Assembly: GCF_022045235.1 (NCBI RefSeq)
Contig: NW_027266330.1
Location: forward strand, 4,154,001 to 4,218,000
DNA: 64,000 nucleotides
Origin: Haliotis cracherodii
Lineage: Eukaryota
Direction: 5' to 3'
A program made the position numbers and the translations under genes. Positions 55,348-64,000 of this stretch are shown here, one piece after another (within the stretch, counting starts at the first letter, position 1; each line of letters opens with the position of its first letter). Below the pieces are notes generated by a model. The model worked only from the letters and a program-made list of their open reading frames with translations, did no database searches and was not told the DNA's origin.

Positions 55348-55462
55348 AGTAGTCACCTCGTATCAATACATACTTTACAATACAGGAGTCACCTCGTATC
55401 AATACATACTTTACAATACAGGAGTCACCTCGTATCAATACATACTTTACAATACAGGAGTC
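55348..55462. repeat. 36-bp tandem repeat, 3 copies
   Basis: agtcacctcgtatcaatacatactttacaatacagg. Confidence 0.85.
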
Positions 55463-55619
55463 GTGCCTGCTTAAGAGTGACAAGAACAAACGCAGAAATT
55501 CTGCAAGCATATGTGATACTGTTGATCAACAGGAGGTGACAGAACTCGATTTGGGTCCATATCATATAAAAAACCGACCGTTTTGAGCAGTTACCCAAAC
55601 CGTATCCTGTCTTTATCAT

Positions 55620-55654
<35 letters not shown>

Positions 55655-56074
55655 CATCCATGAGAGACTATTATGTGGTGGGTATCTATTAGGTGAGTAA
55701 TCTCTCTGGAATGTTATTATTCTGCGCGCGATGACAGTCCTGATTCTGTGGCGTTAAAGAGACATCCCCAGTCGTCGACTGTGATGTATGTGCTACAGAA
55801 AAAGGATACAAAAGTCGTAGGTAAACTTTGTGACCAGGGTTTGTACAATGTTCTGACCACTCACAACTATATGGTATGGAGGGAGCCCTGAGGGTATGTC
55901 AAATATAGACGTAAGAGCTTTTCTCGCCGTGACATACCAACCATACACTCACATCACGCCCTTGACGTTAAACCCACAGTACAGGATCACACAGATACTG
56001 CTATACGGGTATGTTAGGCCAGGTGGAGCGTGGAGGTACGTAATAATAATAATCATCATCATAATAATAATAAT

Positions 56075-56690
56075 TCAGAGCTGAACGCTCGCAATAAAGT
56101 TAAAAGCCTCAAATATGTATGTGGCACCCGTCCTTTCATATTCTCTTGGTGGTTTGGATTGGACGAAACAGGAAATTCAGGGTATTGACACCCTCACACG
56201 AAGAATCATGTCAGACAATAGATCCAACCACCCTCGCTCTACCCTCAATCGCTTATATTTACTAATGGTATTGGGAGGGCATGGTTTGATTGACGTGGAG
56301 GCTCTTCATGATAGAATTGTATTGTGCACTTTTTCACACATTTATTTGTCTGATGATCCGAAGCATGTCAAGACTCATGCATATGACGAAAACAAGGCAT
56401 TCCACAGTTTTCTTAAAAGAGCCAAGGATGTTGGACATAATCTCAATGTCAGTGTTAATTTTGTTGATGGTTCGGTACTGCTGTACGGTACAGAAATGAG
56501 TGTCAACCAAGCGAAGTTCCATAATAAGTCGGCCCAGACTCAGTTTTTCAAGGAGAGGCTATCTGAACGACCACTGCATCAAGTGTATGTCCCCAGATTG
56601 ACATGCACAGATGTTCGTGATATCTTATTTCCTCCTATTGGAGTCCACAGTCAACACTGGTATCTGGGAAATGTACTTCACCTCCGCTAA
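56075..56690 (+). pseudogene. Fragment of an R4/Dong-clade non-LTR retrotransposon ORF (post-RT region)
   Basis: SELNARNKVK..APVLSYSLGGLDWTKQEIQGIDTLTRRIM..HPRSTLNRLYL..GGHGLIDVE; preceded by (TAA)n. Confidence 0.7.
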
Positions 56691-56904
56691 GAATATATAT
56701 AGGTCAAACTGTACTTAACACGCCCAAAATTTAGCATGATCGGAATATATCTGTATGGGACAAGACAGCAGTGTGTGTGGTTGGGTGAGAACTAGAGTCG
56801 TGTGTTGTGTGGTAATGAATATACTGGAAACTAATACACGTTCGTCGACGATGACCTGTCTAATTCTTATTGTACATACAGCGACAAACCATGATGTCTC
56901 GAAG

Positions 56905-58392
56905 ACCACTGTACACTCAGTCAGAGGCCATGACACGTCACGTATACCACTGTACATTCAGTCAGAGGCCATGACACGTCACGTATACCACTGTACATTC
57001 AGTCAGAGGCCATGACACGTCTCACATACCACTGTACATTCAGTCAGAGGCCATGACACGCCACGTATACCACTGTACATTCAGTCAGAGGCCATGACAC
57101 GTCTAATATACCACTGTACATTCAGTCAGAGGCCATGACACGTCTCACATACCACTGTACATTCAGTCAGAGGCCATGACACGTCTAATATACCACTGTA
57201 CACTCAGTCAGACACCATGACACGTCTAATATACCACTGTACACTCAGTCAGACACCATGACACGTCTAATATACCACTGTACACTCAGTCAGATGCCAT
57301 GAAACGTCTCACATACCACTGTACACTCAGTCAGATGCCATGACACGTCTAATATACCACTGTACATTCAGTCAGAGGCCATGACACGTCTAATATACCA
57401 CTGTACATTCAGTCAGAGGCCATGACACGTCTAATATACCACTGTACACTCAGTCAGATGCCATGACACGTCTAATATACCACTGTACACTCAGTCAGAT
57501 GCCATGACATGTCTAATATACCACTGTACACTCAGTCAGAGGCCATGACACGTCTAATATACCACTGTACACTCAGTCAGATGCCATGAAACGTCTCACA
57601 TACCACTGTACACTCAGTCAGATGCCATGACACGTCTAATATACCACTGTACATTCAGTCAGAGGCCATGACACGTCTAATATACCACTGTACATTCAGT
57701 CAGAGGCCATGACACGTCTAATATACCACTGTACACTCAGTCAGATGCCATGACACGTCTCACATACCACTGTACATTCAGTCAGAGGCCATGCCACGTC
57801 TAATATACCACTGTACACTCAGTCAGATGCCATGACACGTCTAATATACCACTGTACACTCAGTCAGACACCATGACACGTCTAATATACCACTGTACTC
57901 TCAGTCAGATGCCATGACACGTCTAATATACCACTGTACACTCAGTCAAATGCCATGACACGTCTAATATACCACTGTACACTCAGTCAGATGCCATGAC
58001 ACGTCTAATATACCACTGTACACTCAGTCAGATGCCATGACACGTCTAATATACCACTGTACACTCAGTCAGATGCCATGACACGTCTAATATACCACTG
58101 TACACTCAGTCAGATGCTATGACATGTCTAATATACCACTGTACACTCAGTCAGAGGCCATGACACGTCTAATATACCACTGTACACTCAGTCAAATGCC
58201 ATGACACGTCTAATATACCACTGTACACTCAGTCAGATGCCATGACATGTCTAATATACCACTGTACACTCAGTCAGATGCCATGACACGTCTAATATAC
58301 CACTGTACACTCAGTCAGATGCCATGACACGTCTAATATACCACTGTACACTCAGTCAGACGCTATGACATGTCTCGCATACCACTGTACAT
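56905..58392. repeat. 41-bp minisatellite, about 36 copies
   Basis: ccactgtacactcagtcagatgccatgacacgtctaatata. Confidence 0.93.
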
Positions 58393-59105
58393 TCCAGTAA
58401 GTCATGGGATGAAGATATTGACCATCACTGATTAAGGATTGTTCAAAGATAACGCACCTGCATCCATGGTGTCCCGACATTATCAGTATCGTTTACTTGT
58501 GTATTTGTCGGTCTTTGTTTGTCAGGCGGATTTCCCCCGAATTGATATTAATATTTAATAACCCCCAATGGAAATATTTGATAGCCCTTGCCTTAGGACA
58601 CATCTGTCCCTGTGCCTCATCCAACACGAGGTCTCAAAACGTACCTGTTGTCATGGAAATTTATTTCTCATAAAATCATTACATTTGTTAAATCTGTATT
58701 GGTCATGTGATGTTGAGTGGTGTAAAGTATTCACAGAATAACGAGTGATAGAATAATAAACATATCCTGATCAATATTGAATTAATTCAAGGGGGATGGA
58801 GCAGGGATCTCACTAACATCTTAAACTTAATTCAATACATGTGACCAACTATGAGATAAGGGTGAAAAATCCCATTTTGACATTTCATTATATTTTAAAA
58901 CTACATTATCTTCGGAATACAAAAATACAGTTAAAAAACTTCAGTTTTTATTCATTACACAAAATGTCTGACGAATTGAAAGAAGACATGTATGCTGAAA
59001 GGTTTTGAAATAATGTTTATATTTCTTAACGAACTAGCGAGAGAAAAATACGATATTTTTTACAGTCCGCACACAATGAGATCTTCACTAAAGTAAGTTG
59101 ACGTT

Positions 59106-59386
59106 AGTGAGTGAGTGAGTTGGGTTTAACGCCGCTTTTAACATTATTCCTGTTATATCACGGCGTGTCAGCTTAATGTGAGAGGAAAGCCCGAAGTGAT
59201 GCAGGTCTTAGACCTTTACCACTTCGGTGAAACCCACGAGCACGGGTATGGTGCTGACAAACCTAGAAACATAATCGGGGTGAACCGGGATTCGAACCCA
59301 CAATCATAGGTTTCTGGCGTGTCCAGGGGACGCAACTCTGCACAGCGAATTGCGGCGCCTTAGACGACTGGGCCACCCGTGCCCCC
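59106..59386 (-). mobile_element. SINE family A, full length, young copy
   Basis: Perfect 12-bp TSD aagttgacgtta at 59095-59106 and 59387-59398. Confidence 0.88.
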
Positions 59387-59858
59387 AAGTTGACGTTAAA
59401 TGTCTTCATGACAACTGTATCTGAGCACCCGTAAGGTCCCATTTCTCCTGGTGGGTCACATAAATAGATGAAGTTTTTAAAAATATTTCCATAGATTATG
59501 TTTTATATCACTAAGGTTATTTCCGCAATATACCACACGCTATAATAGCGCTATAATAAACAGTTGTTCCTTTATGACACGTTATACCATGGTATTGATA
59601 AACTGACCTTCACTCACAGAAATCTACCCCGCGTACACTCTCTGGTACCATGCTATATGAAGACAGAGAATATTTGACCAGCTACAGTATCAGATGTTTT
59701 ACAAATATGTACGTGCGTCGCTACAAGTGGTATGTTCAGATTGTATTCATAAAATGTCTGGATTATTAGTACACAGGCGTGGACTAGTCCGTTCCATGAG
59801 GACATCTCCGCGACACGGGCAGTGTTCTAGACCCAGTGTGGTACTAACAGATCCGTTC

Positions 59859-60230
59859 ACGCGTGACGATCCGGGGTAGAATAGGTCTTCAGCAACTCAT
59901 GCTTGCCGTAAAAGGCGACTATGCTTGTCGTAAGAGGCAACTAACGGGATCGGGTGGTCAGGCTCGCTGTCTTGGTTGATGCATGTCATCGTATCCCAAT
60001 TGCGTGGATCGATGCTCATGATGCCAATCACTGGATTGTCTGGTCCAGATTCGATTATTTACAGACCGCCGTCATATAGCTGGAATATTGCTGAGTCCGG
60101 CGTTAAACAACAAACAAAACAAGAAACAAAAACGTAATATCAATCACTGGATTTTCCGGTCCAGGTTTGATTGTTTTCGGACGCCGTTACATACTTTGAA
60201 TAGAGCTGAGTGTGGCGTTGAACAACAAGC
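59859..60230 (+). mobile_element. SINE-like family C copy plus a tandem extra 3' fragment
   Basis: Best-conserved copy at 59859-60125; its 3' end is repeated at about 60138-60230. Confidence 0.8.
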
Positions 60231-61419
60231 AGCATGACATGACTCATGGCTTCATAAAATGTCACTGAGCACAACATGACCCAACTATCAGCCAAAGTGA
60301 GGAGCGTGACATGTTTTTATAGGAGTCCGGGCAACCACTGGCATGTCCTATAAATCAAATATCATATACACCGTACGGAGGCTGTTGACACTGCCAGGCA
60401 TGGAGTTGATACCCCTTAATACATGTGTAACACGAAACAGGAATTACGTTAATCTGAATTCCGTTATAGTCACACCGCAGTAAGAGGACCGTAATAAATA
60501 CGACGTGGTGATATGTCCCAACCCACGGCAAAAAAACGTCACGTGTTCCGGGACGTCATAGCATGTTCATATTTTGCACTGCGGTGACCTTGAAAGGTAT
60601 TCAATACTAAAGCTTCCATATCATTTTCCTTAACGCTTAAAAACTATGGCCAATTCTCAATATACGAATTTTAAAAACAAATTATTTTGTAGTTTTGTTT
60701 AGATCAATTGTGGATAAATAGGTAAAGTGCGTGTGAAATATGATTGCATGCATGTACATATATATGTCATTTTTTTGTAACATACTTTGAAAATATGTCA
60801 GCTAAATCATTCGAAGTACGAGTGTTATGTTTAGTGTAAGGTATTTACATAATCTGGGGATTTTACTTGTTTCAGAAAGGGTTTTGTCTCAAGTTTAAGC
60901 TAAAACCCAATATATTTTCCCCAGACAACATTATTTGTTGGTCACGACGCTATATTTATACACACGAACATCCCCGCTAACCTGGCAAGGCAACAACAAT
61001 CATCTGATGATGCGGACGGAGGCAAATTGTGACCACATTATCATCTGAAGCCGAAACTCGTTTTTCTTGACGACTAAGGCGTTGATGCATCACAACATTT
61101 TCACAGCAGTATTCAAAAGAAAGTGCGTTTTCCCATAGAAGAGTGCATTGCTACAAGTACCAGATGAACATAAATTCAGGTGCCGTTATCTTGACAGGGT
61201 GTTTGTTCCGTGTGATATACCGTCCTCCAATACGGTGACGGTCTTATCTCTGCTCAGCAACAATCTCTCCCTCCCTCTTGTCTCGGTCTGACTGTAGCAA
61301 TAGTATCACTCTACACAAACTGCGTGCCTTGGCTCAAAGTTCAGCAGGCCCATTTAGGATCAGGAATGTCAATGTACGCTGTACTGATCTGACGGACAGG
61401 CGCTGTAACGATGTCCTGT

Positions 61420-62620
61420 CTTGACTTTCTCATCTGTCACGCTATGTGTGTGGATGGCCACTGTCATGTATTGATTGTCTTGTTACACGCATGGTCTCAC
61501 TAGTCACGCCTTGATTCTCTCACCTGTCACGTCTTGATTATCTCACCTGTCACGTCGTCATTGTCTCACCTGTCACGTCTTGATTGTCTCACCTGTCGCA
61601 TCTTGATTGTATCACCTGTCACGTCTTGATAATCTCACCTGTCACGTCGTCATTGTCTCACCTGTCACGTCTTGATTGTCTCACCTGTCACGTCGTCATT
61701 GTCTCACCTGTCACGTCTTGATTGTCTCACCTGTCGCATCTTGATCGTCTCACCTGTCACGTTTTGATTGTCTCACCTGTCACGTCTTGACACACCCGTC
61801 ACATCTTGATTGTCTCACCTGTCACGTCTTGATAGTCTCACCTGTCACTTCTTGATTGTCTCACCTGTGTCACATCTTGACTCACCCGTCACGTCTTGAT
61901 TGTCTCACCTGTCACGTCTTGATAGTCTCACCTGTCACATCTTGACTGACTTACTTGCCGAGTCTTGATTAACTCGAATATCACACCTTATTGTCTCACT
62001 TGTCACCATTTGATTGTCTCAATTGTTACGCTTTGATTGTCTCACTTGTCACGTCTTGATTGTCCCACCTGTCACGTCTTGATTGTCTCACCTGTTACGT
62101 CTTGATTTACCTGTCACGTCTTGACTCACCTTGCACGTCTTGACTGACTTACTTGCCACACCTTGATTGTCTTACTTGACACTATTTGATTGGCTCACTT
62201 GTCACGTCTTTATTGCCCCTCCTGTCACTTCTTGATTGTCACACCTATCAAGTTTTGATTGTCTCACCTGTATCGTCTTGATTAGCTTACAGGTCACGTT
62301 TTGATTGCCTCACCTGCCACTTCTTGATTGTCTCACCTGTCACGCCTTGACTCACCCGTCACGTCTTGATTGTCTCACCTGTCACGTCTTGATTGTCTCA
62401 CCTGTCACGTCTTGATTGTCCCACCTGTCACGTCTTGACTGACTTACTTGCCACACCTTGATTGTCTCATCTGTCACGTTTTGATTGCCTCACCTGTCAA
62501 GTCTTGATTGTCTCACCTGTCACGTTTTGATTGCCTCACCTGTCACGTCTTGACTGACGTCCTTGCCACGTCTTGATTATCTCACCTGTCACACCTTATG
62601 GTCTCACCAGTCACGTCTTG
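61420..62620. repeat. 23-bp minisatellite, about 50 degenerate copies
   Basis: ttgattgtctcacctgtcacgtc. Confidence 0.9.
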
Positions 62621-62699
62621 AATGCCTAACACTGCTCCTGTTATAACGACCCACAAGGATATTCAAACGCACTCAGTTGTATCCACAGGTTCATTAAAC

Positions 62700-62940
62700 T
62701 CGTGGGGAGTCATGGTAAAGAGTGATCGCCAGCAACACATGCTTGTGATAGGAGGCGACTAAATGGATCGGGTGGTAAGGCTCAGTGGCCGGCTTGATTG
62801 CATGACATCGTATCACAATTGTCACAATCGATGTCCATGATGACAGTCACTGGATTGTCTAGTCCAGACTCGAATGATGACAGACGGCCATCATATAGAT
62901 GGAATATTGTTCTCTGCGGCGTTAAACAGCAAACAAACAT
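62700..62940 (+). mobile_element. SINE-like family C, degenerate copy
   Basis: ggaggcgactaaatggatcgggtggtaaggctc..ggcgttaaacagcaaac. Confidence 0.7.
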
Positions 62941-63631
62941 ATCCAAATTCTTCGATTTAAATATATTCAGACGTTGCCGTTATAGCCGACCTCGACATAG
63001 CCGGATTTGACTTATAAGTGTGTGGGACTTGTGATTATGAATAGTTATGAATGGCTGGACTAACGAGGTAATGCAACGTCACCACTACACAACAGCGCTA
63101 CAGTGAGCTTGCTGGTTACACAAAACCCCCGTTATACAGCACCGGAAGTACAGTGACCAGTCGACAGTCGGCGTTGTTTGTGAATGTCGAGGTTCGGTTA
63201 TAACGAAGTGATCTTGTATCGCCCTTGGACCTCGTTTAATCTTCAGTCTCTATATATCCAAGTCTGTCTGTCACGCCGCTGATTTATGAGATTCCGTATG
63301 TCTGTGGACTCAACTTTATTCACTCTCTCCATAAATAAATCGTGACAAAAGCAACGAGCGTCTCTCGTTTTCTCCTCGCGAGGCCTCATATTACCGCAGT
63401 AGAATATATTACAATAAAACACATCTTTGTGATGTAAATTAAGAGTGTGTGTTGCATTGTAAAAAGCTGTTTAAATCGGAGGTCTATACATGTTGTGTGT
63501 GTGTCGTGGTTTATTTCTCGCAATAAAATAGTTCATTTACAAAAGAGTTGTGTTACGCCCTGATCTATTAAGTGCACTGCTGGTGTCAGAACATACCGAC
63601 ACAATGAGACGCACTGTGTTGACGGAGAGAG

Positions 63632-63632
<1 letters not shown>

Positions 63633-63707
<75 letters not shown>

Positions 63708-63800
63708 GGGGGGGAGAAAAGAGTGAGAGTGTGCGTGAGTGACTGAGAGACAAACAGGCAGAGTGAGAGACACAGCAAGAGAGAGAGGGAGAGAGAGAGA
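63633..63800. repeat. (GT)n/(GA)n compound microsatellite; (CA)n also at 49527-49578 and about 9100-9580 (with N gaps)
   Basis: Direct reading. Confidence 0.9.
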
Positions 63801-64000
63801 GTGCGTGTGTGTGATGAGAAGGAATCAGATATAGTTAAACGTAGATGCAAGGTGAACGAAGTTGAAATGGGGAAGATGAATCCCCTGTCTACCCGTATAA
63901 CACATTCACACAAATATAGTGCGTCTTGTCAATGATGCGAAAGGGGGGCGAACAGAGGACGGATTGAGAGAGAAAACCACCAATATGTAGGGACGACAGG

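Noticed and set aside
56905-58392. CRISPR-like array
   Set aside because: Head-to-tail repeats without unique spacers in a eukaryotic context; the same applies to all arrays here.
59859-59955. HDV-like ribozyme in the family C head
   Set aside because: A P3/L3-like ggt-cttcagca-acc (intact in the consensus) and a CUAA are present, but the required P1 and P2 partners are not in HDV order.
61420-62700. Hidden filamin exon at the edge of the acag|gtgaga array
   Set aside because: Neither flank translates into CH-domain sequence.

Overview
Eukaryotic, intron-rich animal DNA. The SINE and minisatellite content suggests a mollusc such as a gastropod, but that is inference. Two large genes converge tail to tail. 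(1) On the + strand, 227-21757: the last 23 exons (3132 nt, 1043 aa plus stop, all splice phases consistent) of a divergent myosin VII-type gene with a MyTH4-FERM-SH3-MyTH4-FERM tail. It contains an AT-AC minor-spliceosome (U12) intron at 10631-12169. (2) On the - strand, 52231-30982: 20 exons of a compact jitterbug/FLN-2-type filamin with three CH domains and only 8 Ig repeats. Its first exons are not visible in the window. Introns and intergenic DNA contain five SINE families, MITEs, decayed Penelope, R4/Dong and MULE relics, and many minisatellites. Most unusual observations: five minisatellite arrays whose repeat unit contains a splice site of the host gene, creating 9 to about 54 decoy junction copies per array; a tRNA-less SINE that begins with a pseudoknot-like RNA head; and short Penelope-type elements carrying hammerhead ribozyme cores with covarying stems. 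Nearly all long ORFs in the six-frame track that fall outside the mapped exons and transposon relics are repeat artefacts.
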